From Rhizophagus irregularis (taxonomy: Eukaryota): 64,000 nucleotides of DNA. Each line of letters opens with the position of its first letter. Within the stretch, counting starts at the first letter, position 1. The translations under genes were made by a program, and so were the position numbers. Under the pieces are notes generated by a model, which was not told where the DNA came from, did not search any database, and saw only the letters and a program-made list of their open reading frames with translations. Positions 1-13,461 of the stretch are shown here, piece after piece. Location: assembly GCF_026210795.1 (NCBI RefSeq), contig NC_089431.1, forward strand, positions 124,001-188,000. The letters run 5' to 3'.

Positions 1-151
1 AAAGTCACATGATTTTAATCTTAATATAACGAAGTTTTCTAAAAAAATTATATAAACTTCGGTATATAAAAAAATTTGATATACCGAAGATCACTATATA
101 CCGAAGTTTTAGTCTTGAACGGCGACTTCGGTATATCGAGAGTTGACTGTA
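1..151. mobile_element. Right end of a Tc1/mariner-pogo-type non-autonomous element (runs off window start)
   Basis: Ends ...CGACTTCGGTATATCGAGAGTTGACTG|TA (reverse complement TA|CAGTCAACTCTCGATATACCGAAG), a pogo/Tigger-like terminus with TA target. Subterminal repeats ATATA(A/C)CGAAG occur several times in 20-110. Confidence 0.6.
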
Positions 152-308
152 CATAGTGTATTTAAACGGAGAAATAAAAAACCAAATAAGAGCAAACTCC
201 AATAATCAAATGAGATAGTAAAAAAAAGAATACAAAATAACATATTATAAATCAACACATTGACACATATTAAATAAATATTTTTTTTTTTTAATATAAA
301 AGTATTTT

Positions 309-1430
309 TTATAAATTAGGTGATTTGATAAGATACAGGACGTTTAGTTAGCCATTCACGTTTTTCAATTGAATCTGATAATCCCTTTCTCTAATCAGTA
401 CTCGAATAGAAACTAATATCAGATTTATTCCAAGAAGCTTTAGCGGCTATGGATAAGTTGTAGAAGTAGTTACTATAATAATAGAATTTGCATCAGATGT
501 AGTTGATAGCGTGCACTATCTTATTAAAGACGTAAAAAATATTTCCATTATCTAAAAAAAGACCGTTAATCGATATTGTTGTTATGGGTGAGTAAGTTGT
601 AAAAAAAAAGGATGTATGATAAACAACTTGCTTTTATATTGTTATTGTAATAATTATATTGTTACTGGTAAATGATTGCGGAATATCTGTATGTGAATGA
701 TTAATATAACTAAGTAAATTTTTCGTTAAAAATAATTTAAAAAATGTTTTTTTTCTTTTAAGCGACACTAAAAATCAACGTGTATTTACTTACATAAATT
801 GCAGAATGTCTTAAAGTAGAAACTGTCCAAAGTACTTTTTATTTCTTTAATATAATTCCATATAATAAGAAAAATTATGGATCGGGACTTACCAAAAAGA
901 TACAATTTGAATTATATATTTTATGACTTATCTAAATAATCAATATCTCCATAACGCCCTGACATCAATGTGAATGAAAATAATAAATACTATTATTTGT
1001 TATATCGTTCTTCGTTGCTGCGCTTATACCGTATAAACTTAAAAAAAGAGGTTAAAAACTGAAAGAATTATTTTTTCGCCTTTTAATTTTAATCAATATA
1101 TGACAATAGCCAATTGGTTTATTCTGTTTAAATCCTGACCGAATGATTGATTGAAAGAAAATTACTTTTTGAAATTTTTTGTTCAAAAACAGTGTATTAC
1201 AAAGGGGATCGTTTTAATCTATATAAATCCTATAATATAAAATCTTATCGTTATCATTATATTAAACTAAAATATAATACGGTAATATTCAATGTAGTGA
1301 AATTTTTTTTTCGTCATACTCGCTAAAATTTAAGAATTATTTATTTCTAATAATGATGATATTATATATTATTTGTCAGACTTTTCGTTTCTCGGGATAT
1401 CGCAGATCAAAGAATATCCGCTTCTAAAGG
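309..1430 (-). pseudogene. Heavily degraded copy (A) of the 7TM GPCR-like gene
   Basis: Collinear fragments match the intact gene at 27803-30526 (KASWNK, REWLTKRPV, STLRHSAIY|GTAAGT, exon-1 pieces) with many deletions and no long ORF. Confidence 0.75.
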
Positions 1431-2104
1431 ATAAAATTTTCTTTAGGGGAATAATTTATTTCTTTATATAGTAAATTACTATATAATGAATTAGTTCAAA
1501 ATTTGAAAAATTCGAATATTGAGAAATAAAAAAATAGATGTGAGAGAAACATGATCACTTTGAATTTGTTTCAATAATTTCGCTTGATAGAGTATCATGT
1601 GATTGCAATTAAGATTAACTAGTTAACTTTCTTTTAGGAAAAGTTAGAATCATATTTTACCCGTTTTTTTCAAAGGATTATAAGGAATCCGAAAAATTTT
1701 TTTCTTTAAAAAAAATGTTTCATCAAATGCTAAATTATTTACTCGATAAATTGTAATTTGTAATATTTGCACAAATTATTGACGAATACTAAAATCAATT
1801 AATATTGTATTTTTCAGAAGGCAACAATTTTACTAATTAGTGATAAGATCTTAAAAATTATTATAGGCGAAATTTTCATTATATATTTCATTTATTTGTA
1901 AAGAGCAAAAGATACATAATGAAGTGGATATTTATTTATTTATCAAATTTGTAAAAAACATATTATTATACGTAATTTTACTACTTTAACTAATTTTTAT
2001 TTATTTATAAGCAATTATATTTAATATACTATACCTATCTGATATTTTAAAATTACCACTCCACTAAATAATTAATCCCGACTAAATTCATAAAAACTTA
2101 TCCA

Positions 2105-3633
2105 TTAGCCATAACGTCTTAACACTTTAATATCATACAACTTAAATTCATCTTTCATTGAAGCCAGTTCCTCATAGTCACAGTGTTCATCATCTGATTC
2201 ATCTGATGTACTTTCAAAGGAATGCTTAATAGCCAAATACTTCACTCTTTTCTTTTTCATGATATATTCTTTTATATAAGATAAAATATCTTGTCCTTTT
2301 AAATTATTGATCAACAATTTCTTAATAAAAGTATCTTGTGAATTTTTCAAGAATACTTCAAAATCACTCATTTTAATGTGAAGACTCAAATCTAAATATT
2401 CTAATTTAAAAGGAAAGACTTGTCCTAAATTTTGTAATACAATTGAACTACACTCAATATAATTTTCACAATTCGCTGTACTGATCGTAAGATAATTAAG
2501 ATATTTTCAATCAGATCGAATAATAAATAAATAATCTGATCTTTAAAATTACTTAAATAAAGTGATTTAATATTTTTACAATATTTCATAATTGAATCAA
2601 GTAATATTTCACTTTGAACTCCAAATTCATCCCCAAAATTCTCTAAATATCCGCCACATTTTTGTAGTAATAATTGAAATGATGAATCATCAATTTGTGA
2701 TCCCTCATTTATAATTAAAGTTTTTAATTTAAATGGTCTATTTAAATTAATAATTTGTTGAATTAAACTAGTATTTAAGGAAATACAATAAATGAGATGA
2801 ACAGATTCTAAAACTTTTAATTGATCAAATATTTTATCTAAATTTATTATATCTTTAAAATCAACACTACATAATATGCTGATAGTATTTAAAGTGTTTG
2901 AACAATTATAATTTTTTGTTAATAATAATGATTGATATGAAAGAAAGTCATTAGAACTTAAAGAAATTCTTTTAAGATTTTGATGTAAGTTAATTAATTG
3001 TAATATATGATTTATAATTATCATATATTTATTACCACCATTAGAATCACCGCGAATATAAAAATTTAAATTTTTAATATTGTGGATAAAATTTGGATTT
3101 TGTAAAATTAATTCTAAAATATTATCTAAGTGAGAATTCCAAGCATAAAAGATCTCAATTTCAAGAGTATGTAAATTTGCTTCATTATCAATAAACAGTT
3201 TAAATAATAATATTTGAATTAATCTTTTAAAATTATCAACCTCATATGTATATCTTTTTTCAGGTTTCAAAGTTTTAATAGCATTTTTAACCCACTCGGA
3301 AATAGGAGAAAGAATCTTCCATGTATTCAAATACTTTATAAGACTAGGATAATTGAAAAGTGTATATAAAGGAAATAAATTATCCTCAATTCTATATTCA
3401 TTTAATTCTGTTATTAAATCTCCATTTAAATTATTTAAGTAAATTTCAATAAAGTTATAATTTTTTGTAGGATTTGAAAATGGGTCTTCCCATAATAATG
3501 GAATCGCTAAACGACACCATAATCTGTTAACTAAAATACATTAATGTAAAGTTGAAAAATCATTCTTAAAATATTTTAAAATATCATATGTTAATTCTGG
3601 TAACTCTCCCGAGAATATTTTTGAACAAGACAT
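2105..3633 (-). pseudogene. F-box domain protein (glomeromycotan F-box/LRR-like family), disrupted
   Basis: ATG at 3633 gives MSCSKIFSGELPELTYDILKYFKNDFSTLH*CILVNRLWCRLAIPLLWEDPF, an F-box motif with an in-frame TAA at 3541-3543. A frameshift near 2500 joins ORFs 2425..3330 and 2105..2389. Confidence 0.85.
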
Positions 3634-4156
3634 AGTGAGAATAAAAGAAAAAGTATTTGTAAAACTATTGGTGTCAATCGGATAAATTTAATTGATTTTC
3701 AGAACGGTGAGCAATACATAAAAGTATAAGTTCGTGTCAATTAATACTTAATAGTAACCGGCAATTGTAACGAAATTAATTGCTGATCCGCACGTGATCG
3801 ATAGAATTTCTATAAGGCATATAATCATATATACTGTAGCGTTCATCAATTTAAAATAATAATTGTTTGTTATATTGAGTGAGGTTTTTTTTTTTAAAAA
3901 AAGTTTCTCTTTTGTATACTGGTATAAAAATTTTTTGCAACCAATTTGTTATTTAATCATTAGTATTTATTCTAATAATTCAGTAAGGAGATCAGTATCT
4001 TATTGTTCTATGATTTATATATACTATATTTATTATTATTTTTTTTTTGTGAATTTTTAAATGTATCAGATAGAGATTTGCATAAGCCAAAAATGAGCAC
4101 TTCGTGCATATTTATGCAATATATCAGAGATAGTGTATATGAATAAATTAACATAG

Positions 4157-4624
4157 TGTTACCGGTTGCAACGGTAAATAAAAGTCGCACAGTTGGCGAA
4201 ATTATATCGCAATAATACACAACTACCGTAGGATTCTTACTCAATACTGCCTTACTTGGCACGTCGGTATTGTTCGTTAAGAATCGGCAAGGTAAACAAC
4301 TAGGAATTCGGATAATATGACAGGGTACGACAAATATAAGACGAATCTTATATAATGATATGTAGAAACAAGGAATTTAACGAATTAAGTTAACCGAAAA
4401 GTAGACGATTTTATTAAGCAACACGTAAGACTATAGACTTTACAATAAATTACTAAAACCAATCCTTAGAATTCTCTTTTTTATTTATCGGTTAGTTGGC
4501 AGAAGTTGGCAGAAGGCCATTTTTTTTTCTGATTCAGGGTGAAATCTAATCTATTGACATCTAATATTTTACCGATTATTACTTAATGGTCAATGTTTCA
4601 TCGTAATAAATTAATTTAGTCACA
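4157..4624. mobile_element. Possible solo LTR
   Basis: Bounded by TGTTAC...GTCACA, ~470 bp, higher GC than the flanks, non-coding. No clean TSD seen. Confidence 0.3.
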
Positions 4625-5379
4625 ACGGTGACGGTTTTCATTGTAAGCCACTTTTAATAGAACATAAATGACGAATTTAGGCAGCTAACACTATTGACCT
4701 AATTTCCTATAATGAATCGAATACATATAAAAAAATACAAATATAGAAAATAAATATACTGTATAAATAATAATAAAACAATATGTATAAAAATACTGTA
4801 TATATAATATAATAAATATCATCCATCAATTAATCTTGTACACAAATCGTGCACGAATCGGCACCGGAAATCGACATGAACACAAATTCGCGTAACAATA
4901 GCGTCGAGTTGATCAAATTAAAAAAATTGTAATTGTCCGAAGCGGAGCGGAGGATTTTTACGTTTAAGACCCCGCAATGTTTGTATGTCCATGCACGTGC
5001 TCAATGAAAGTTATGCCATGGAATTTTTTCAACGCACCATTTAGAGTAAGGATAGACAGATACTGTATATACTAGAAAAAAAAATCACTACCGGTGATTA
5101 GACTAATAAAATTTAGATATTCGTTTATTAATTGTTTTATGTTTAATATAATAATATCTGACTCATATATTTGATTAGGCTTTAAATTAGACTATTTCTT
5201 AATCGATTGAATTAAGTAAAAAGTACATAGTATATATTCATTTATTCATTTATTCATTTATTTTAAAATTTGCGAAAATCACGAATAGAAAATTTTTCAA
5301 TAATTAATGCTCGATTTTATAAGTAATCAATTACCACTAAAAATATAATCTACTTAATAAATTTTATTCTTCATATCCA

Positions 5380-5820
5380 CTAAAATTAATTCTAAAATTA
5401 CACACACACACATATTGTTACAACATTTATCTTCGATAAATCGTTTCTTCGGATATCGTTTACTAAAAGGACCATCGTCATTAAAAAAAATAATTTCTTT
5501 AGAATAATTTATCTAAATAAATTAAATAATGAATTAATTCAAAATTCAGAGAAAAAATACCTTAATTCAAAAGCGAACTATAGTGGAATTATTTGAACGG
5601 TAAACAGTATTTGTAAACAATGATATAAAAGGTAAAGTATATTCTTCAAATTATCGCGAAGATATTAAAAATTATATTAAAAATTAATATTACAAAATTA
5701 TTTACATCAATTGGGTTTATCGTTATTTACAAAGAAATCAAATCGTGAGAGAAACATGATCACCGAATGATTTGCTTATTTAAAATGATAGAGTATCATG
5801 CATGTGATTTTTTAGGAAAG
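5380..5820 (-). pseudogene. 5' fragment (exon-1 start plus upstream region) of the 7TM gene
   Basis: AAAAGGACCAT (ATG at 5475) and upstream blocks match 30500-30830 and 13460-13830. Confidence 0.6.
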
Positions 5821-7668
5821 GTGCTCTGCACTTGTCCAATGTCCATATGGTATGGGCGGCTTATTATTTATATAATTTCTGGTAGAACCGGCGTACTGTA
5901 ATTTGTTCTTTCTGAGAAATATATGATTTCTACCAAAATGCTAACTGAAATTAAATTCCCGACCGGGTTCAATCGTAATATTAACAAAGTTATTTATCGT
6001 TGTATTTAATATACAATTTTTTGAAGAAACAATACAACGAATTTCGCTCATTGGTGACGTCATTTTTCAAATTTCATTAAGAAAAAGTATTTAAATAGTT
6101 TAAATTTTATTTTATTTCGATCAATTTTTGGTTATTAGTTATAAGATTCTTCTATTTTTTTTTAATTCCGAACTCCGTATAAATGTTTATTCATTCATTT
6201 ATTCAAAGAGAAAAAAAAATTGTTAGTAGTGTCAGCGGTTGATTAAAACATTCATGCCTTTCATGTCAAATACTACAAGGATCCTACATAAAATTAATCT
6301 TTTTAACCTTACAATCTTCGAAATTTTCCATCTATATAAATCGGACTTAAATATTAATATTAGAATATAAAATTAATTCTTTAGTACAATTTTTTTTACT
6401 AGGTACTATGTGTTATACGTTATTATGCGTTGCGCCAATAACGCCATTAGTCAAACTGAAATCTAGTCAATGTGATCATACAATAAAGTCGCTCCGTTAC
6501 AGACTGCAAGAAAATTTGTTTAAATTAAACCTCGAAAATCTTCTAGGTTAAAATTACCATTTTTTCACTGTTTTTATAAGCCGCTCTTTTACTATCTTCT
6601 ACTGATTAAGTAATTGAGCATTTGAGCCAAGGTTTTTATCATAATTTTTTAATATCGAAATGTATAAGGGTACATTATTATGACCATACTTATAAATAAA
6701 TACTTCTTTTTATATAATCATATTAATTACCTATGTAAATTCCACGGTTTTACTTTCCATATTGTCCTCTATCAAATTTGTAAATGTCACTTCGCAAAAA
6801 AAAAAAAACAATACTGTAATGATTTCATGGATTTATAAATTTACTTTATCAGAACTATGTTTAGATGTATAAAATTATTTAAAAAAATACTGTAATCTTG
6901 AGCGGTTCAGTTCTTTGTAAATTTAATAGGTATTGATCGATTTTTCAAGTTAAAAATATATGAAATATTATACTTGTATATGTCTAAGTTTTGCATATTC
7001 AGTTTGATTCGAGTGGACTTCTTTCTAAGAACATTAGTTATAAAATACATTTATAATATATTTTGATCATATTAGAGCATAAAGAGCATAATTACATTAG
7101 AGTATAATATTTGAAATTTAAGTCATATAAGTCAAACTATATTATTTTCATAATAAATTCAAAAAAATAGTATAACATATATAAAACTCTTTCTATTTTC
7201 AAACTAAAATAATATTATTTACTGAACGATATACTTAAGCATCATATAATACCGGTTCTATTGTGTTAGCTTCTGTAAGTGTCTTCCAGTTTCTGGAATG
7301 AATAAATCAACATATATAACGCTTTATTGATGGCCCCATCTAAATCAATTGATTGCAGGCACCACTGTATGAGTGTATGTACTGTAAAACCAATCATGTT
7401 TTAAAAAGAAATTGCGTGCCAAAATGATAAGTTAGAATTATTAATTTATTTAAATTTCACTATCATATTTGCTTTTACGTTTCACTTCAGTTGTGTTACT
7501 ATATAAAAAACTACATTTAATTCAAGTGACTACTGACTACTTTTTCATTTAATTTAATTGTTAAATTTAAAACCATCAATGGGGAATTTTAAAAGTTTTA
7601 AAAATACACTCGTCATAATTCCGGCTAAAAAATCTGCATGGCTTTTGACTGAAAATCTTTTCGCCGTC

Positions 7669-8221
7669 ATCCGTGTATCCGCACGGATTACGGATTACGG
7701 ATTGTGGATATCCATTTTTGTTATTTCGGATAGTATCCATGGATAAATAATTTCATATGGATAATCTGTGGATAATCTGTGGATAATCCTTATATCCACA
7801 GATATGCGAATAATCCTTTTATTCACAGATAATCTTACGAAACAATCTTTAAATTATGTATAAAAAACATATAATCTTTAGAAACCGGAATTATTGTAAT
7901 ACCTTGGAGTTTGGATTTTGGGAACAAACTTTAGGTATCAAAATATTAAATAAGGTGAGAAAATGCAAAAAATATTGTTAATTATTAATATATAAAATTT
8001 ATTGAATAATTTATATTATCTAAAATTATTATTTATATTATCCATTTATCCGTATAATGAGTTATCCATGGATAACATGGATAACATGGATATGTGGATT
8101 ATCCATTCAATTTTTTTAAAATTATCCGTATCCGGACTTGATTTTTATATGGATTACGGATATTGAATTTTTATTATGGATACATATCCATGGATAGACG
8201 GATACACGGATCCAAACTCTA
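7669..8221. mobile_element. hAT-like MITE, left terminus eroded
   Basis: Right end CGGATACACGGATCCAAACTCTA pairs with left ATCCGTGTATCCG. Dense GGATA/TATCC subterminal repeats. Absent at the homologous spacer sites (~15310, ~24140, ~59060). Confidence 0.7.
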
Positions 8222-8503
8222 CAGTTTTCGGTATCCAGCAATAAAGAAATGCAACGGTTTATTGATTATTTAAACTCTTCTAGAAAAAATCTAATCGGAT
8301 ACCATAAAATGTTTATTACATGATTATCGATGTTTTTTTTCACATAATAATCATATTGAAATTTCATTCATTGAGTATTTTTGCATTTATTAAGAAAAAC
8401 AGATAACATAGAGTAAATCTAATAAGTATATAGAATTTTTAAAGCCGGCTCTTTATTTAAATGAAAAATATATGTAAAAAAAAGTAATAAAAGAAATACT
8501 TAC

Positions 8504-10168
8504 TAGGATTCGCTAATATTGATTGAATAGCATAATTAGCATCTATTGGAAAAAAAAAGATATTATTTTTTTTTGTTTTGAAAAACCATTTACATATTAA
8601 TTTTAAGTTAAATTACCTGAATTAATTTGACATGACGATAAATCTGAAGAATTTACTGGTTTTGGAAGATTTTTAAAATTTAAAAGCCTACTAGTATAAA
8701 TTGCTTGTGGATGTGTTTGAATATTTTTGGATCTATCTTTGCTTGATCTGCTTTCAAATTTTTTTTCTCCAATTTCATCACTTACTTTTATTTGTGAATA
8801 AATTTCACTATCTTCACTATTTTTACTATCTTCACTATTTATAATTTTATTAATTTCATCATTCCATTTTGTTAATAACTGATACAATTCTTTAGTAGTT
8901 GGTCTATTTTCTATTTCTGCATCCCAACATTTAACAATCAAGTCTGCAAGTAATCTTGGTACATCTTCAGAAATTTTTGGTCTCTGTCCTTTACAAATTT
9001 TAACAGCTAAAAATTCATCATGAGAAATATCACCATAAGGAATTTCTTCAGAAAGAAACTCATTCCAAATGAGTAAATATCTGCTGCTTTTGTATATTGA
9101 TGTCCACGTAAAACTTCTGGTGCCATATATGGTAATACTCCATAAATTCCTTCTTCTTTAACTGATTTCTTATTTGCTGGTTGACACATTCCTAAATCAC
9201 TTATAAATGGACTATAATCAAATAATATATTGCCTGAATGAAAATCTTTATGAACTTTCTCAGCAATGTGAATATCTAAAAGTCCTCTTGCAATTTGCTG
9301 TAATTTATCAATTTTTGATTGATAATATATATATTCTTCAGATTTATTCAAATAATTTCTCAAATTTCCATTTTCACAATAATCTAAAACCATCATATAC
9401 TCTTTAGTATTTGGATCTTGAGTTATTCCATTACATGGAACAACATCACGAAGATGAATCTGAAGATGAGATTTAATCTAATTGATAAAAAAAAATTTTT
9501 GCTAATAAATAGATGTAAAAAATATTAAATAATAAATAAACTAAATTCAAATTACCTCATTTAAAAAATCTGAACTTATAGAAGAATTATTTAAATTTTT
9601 CAATGCATATTTATCATCATGATTTCTATACCACTTTTGATTTTTAATATCCCAATACAAAATATATCCTCCAGGCCATTCAGCTGAATATATTTTACCA
9701 AAACCACCTTCTGCGATATAAGTAATATTTTGAAATTTTTCAAAAGGTATCCATTCAAGATATTTACTACAATATACAGCATTAAGTTGTGATTGTTGTA
9801 TAAATTCATCAATAACTTTATTTCCACTAGTCCAATTTTTAAAGTTATCTTTAAATCTTTTGGCATTACAAGGTTGACACCATCTCCATCCTGTACCAGG
9901 TTCATTACATTCTCCACATATTCCATATGCTTGTTTTCTTTTTTCTAAATCTTCCATATAAACTATTCTTTCATCTGCATCTTCTGATTCAGTAGTTGAA
10001 TCAATAGTAGAAATCGTAACATGAAGCTTTTAATGTTCAAAAAATTATTACAATTTTAACTATAAAAATTCAATATTACTATAATTATTAATAATAAATG
10101 TGAATTTATAATACCTGATGTTTATTAAAATCAACTTTCTTCCATAAATTCTTTGGCTTATTTTCCAT
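8504..10168 (-). pseudogene. TKL-type protein kinase copy 1, frameshifted and 3'-truncated
   Basis: Same exon structure as copies 2-4 (AEGGFG, YALK, HKDFHSGN, DLG, APE). A 10-nt deletion at ~9064 in FGIIMNEF shifts the frame, and exons 5-6 are missing after exon 4. Confidence 0.88.
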
Positions 10169-11509
10169 ACTAATTAGTTTGAATTATAAGAATTATAATT
10201 TTATATATGCAAGTAATTTATTCAAACTAAATTTTTAGAATTATAATACGTAAAAAAAAAAGTTAAAACGAACGGGGTATAAATATGCACAATTTGTACT
10301 ACAGTTACATTAAGATTAAACTGTTACAATTTTTTATGCAGAGAAAAAAAAATAGTATTTAGACTTAATATAGCAATTTATAAAGATACTGATCATCACA
10401 AAAAAAAATTAATATGGTTCAACTTTTTTTTCAATCAATTTGATAAGATCACTCGTAATGGCTATATTTAATAAATCTAATTTTGATACGTTTACTCATT
10501 ATTTTGTTAAACTTAATTTCCAGGTTTTGCCAAATCTCTAGATAGAAAAATGATGAGCTTATAAATTTGATGTACCTTATAAATATTATTTTTAAATGAT
10601 TATAGAATCGATTCAAACACAATATTGCTGATATTTCTTTATATTCTAAATTGCAAAGACAAAAAGCCAAAGATATTTCACTTGAAACAGTCAAATGAAC
10701 ACGAGTAACATATGCTCGTAATTGAAAATACTTGGAAGTTCCGGGTCTGATTGAAACTGATGTTCTAGAAGAATCATAGAAAATGCCGTGTAACTAACTC
10801 ATTAGCTATATTTTCACAAGGATGCACCTACTTTTTTTTCAAACAAGTCAAATGATTTTCAGGAGTTGCTACATTACAATGACTTGCTATACTTTAAATT
10901 TATTATCCGAATTAATATTCCATAATAAGTGCTCGGAAATATAGTAAAAATTTTATGGCGTCTAAGTTAAATTTTTATGACTTAATTAATTAATTTAATT
11001 TATATATTATATGCTTTACTTGATAATACAAGCTTCTATAGAATCTCAATGAATATATTCTTGGTAAATTAATATGATAAAAAATATTAAAAGTTTAAAA
11101 CATTACATTCATAAATTAAAGAGGTGATTTTATTTTTAGAAAAATTAATATTTGATAACATTTATTATCTAAGAGAATTTAAAATTTTTTTTCTATTTTC
11201 AAATATCGTGGATTGCATGATATCTAAAAAAAAAGTTCTTTTTTAATTAAAAGATTCAATATTAAATATAAAATACATGTATATATATACACATATACCG
11301 TATATAACCGAAGAAATCCAAACCCATCGAAAAATATATAATACAAAAAAAAAAATAAATAAATAACGTGAAGAAAGAACAAAACTCTCACCCATAAAAA
11401 TAAAGAAAAAAAGATAATAAAAAAAAAGAATAATATAATATATATATATATAAGTACTAATATAAATTAAAATAAATAATTGTTTTTTATCTAGAAATAT
11501 ATATTTTTT

Positions 11510-13461
11510 TTATAAATTAGGTAATTTTGATAAAGTTTTTCTTCTAAGAGGTGATACGGGACGTTTAGTTAACCATTCACGTTTTCCATTGAATCTGATA
11601 ATCTTTTTCTTTCATCAGCACTCAAATGATCATTAATATCAGGTTTATTCCAAGAAGCTTTAGCGGCTGCTGCTGCTATAGGACTTATTACGGTAGTAGT
11701 AGTTGATACTGTAGTACTAGCAGTATATGTTGTTAAGTATTGTAGTAAAAGCTGCATCAGATTCTTCTCTACTTACACTCGCACTATTATGATTTCTTTT
11801 TGTCATAATTGCTCGACGTGATCCATCAGAATTTTCTTCAGCAATTAATCCCATATGATTTTGATGTCTAATATGTCCTGAAATACTATACACAAATTAC
11901 TTGAAGAATTAAAAATAGTATTCGTTCCTATGTTACTGGTGGAGTTGAAGAAACAAATAATGACGTTAATATAGCGTGCCACCACCACCTCCTCCTATCA
12001 AAGATTCATCATCACGTCCATTCTTCTTTTATCACCTTTTCTTGTTGCATTCGCCAATGCAAATCTACTCGTCATTGATGTGTTTGAGTGTTTTGTTTTC
12101 GGTTTTATTGCTCTAAAAAATTAATTTTAATAAATTGTTATTGTCGTTTATTGTAATGAGCATGATAAATAACTTACTTGTATATGAAAAAAATTGAATC
12201 AAATTTTGTAATATTGGTATTGTAAAATCCATACGATTGCGTCATATTGTAATTGAATAATGTATGTGATAGGTGAAATATCCATTAATGAATGACATTA
12301 TTAAAAATACTGACATAATTATTACTATTACTAATGAAGAAATTGCCAAACACAACCAGAAAGAAAGAAGTAATGAAATTTTGAAATTTCCGTTAAAAAA
12401 AAAAATAATAATTATTTTTTAATACTTAAAATTAACGTGTATTCACTTACATAAATTGCGGCACGTCTTTAAAGTTGAAACATTCCGCTGCTTATCAGAA
12501 GTACTACTAACGTTTTAATGCTTTATGTGATTCCATATTATAAAAATAAATAATTTATATAAATTATAAATCAAAATTATTAAAAAGATCATTATCACCC
12601 ATATTACCCAAATTAAATGATGTATTCTACGAGTTGAATTCGCTTTATCTAAATCATTAATATCTACATAATGTCCTATTATCCATGCAAATAGAAATAA
12701 TGTTGATATTGGCGATATCAATAATAATAAATCTATTATATCCACTATATATTTATTTGGTGGACTTTTTATTATTACTATTCTTTGTATGCTCATTCTT
12801 TGATTATTTTGTTAGAGTTGTATAATCTAAGAAGACAAAAAAGAGAGAAGAGATTAAGAAAGATTAAAAACAGAAAATTTAAAAAAAATTGATTTAATTT
12901 GGATACGCGTCAAAAAATACGTTTAATATATAAATCACAGGATGACGACAAGCCCTCATGGAGCTATAGTAACGTACCACCAATTCTTTAACAATGGGAG
13001 ACAATAGTGTGAGCTGGAATAGTCCCGGAAAGAGGCCAGGCTATATTTTCAGCGTATGACCTTTGAGGAACCTATATTTGACCGGGTTTAAAAACGCAAT
13101 CTTCATTTATTTGGTGGAGATATTAAAGTACAAAAATTAAGAAAATGATCAATTACTGCACCTTACGAGTCACGGCATTTTTCACTTTTTTTTCACTTAC
13201 ACAAATTAGTAAATATGATTGGATGACTTCTTGAAGTTTGCTCGTAATAACCGCTTTCTTTTGTTGAAGATAACCAGAAGGATCATTTCAATTATAATTT
13301 TAACAATATAAAAATCCTATCGCTATCATAAATATGTACAGTACAGTATACTAGTGTATCAATGTCCAAATGTAATCTTTACATCCTCTAAGTATTAACT
13401 AACGATGATGATATTAATATAATATTCGTTAAATTTTTCGTTTCTTGAATATCCGGACTAT
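11510..13461 (-). pseudogene. Degraded copy (B) of the 7TM gene
   Basis: Matches the intact gene. ATG mutated to ATA (13459-13461), multiple deletions, ~180-bp insertion at the exon-2 acceptor. Confidence 0.85.

Noticed and set aside
4845..5000. GC-richer block with CGAAGCGGAGCGGAG (similar motif at ~47070)
   Set aside because: Probably a repeat relic, but no ends or family can be supported.
7680..7850. Short GGATAATCTGT repeats resembling a CRISPR-like array
   Set aside because: No constant repeat-spacer period; MITE subterminal repeats in a eukaryotic context.
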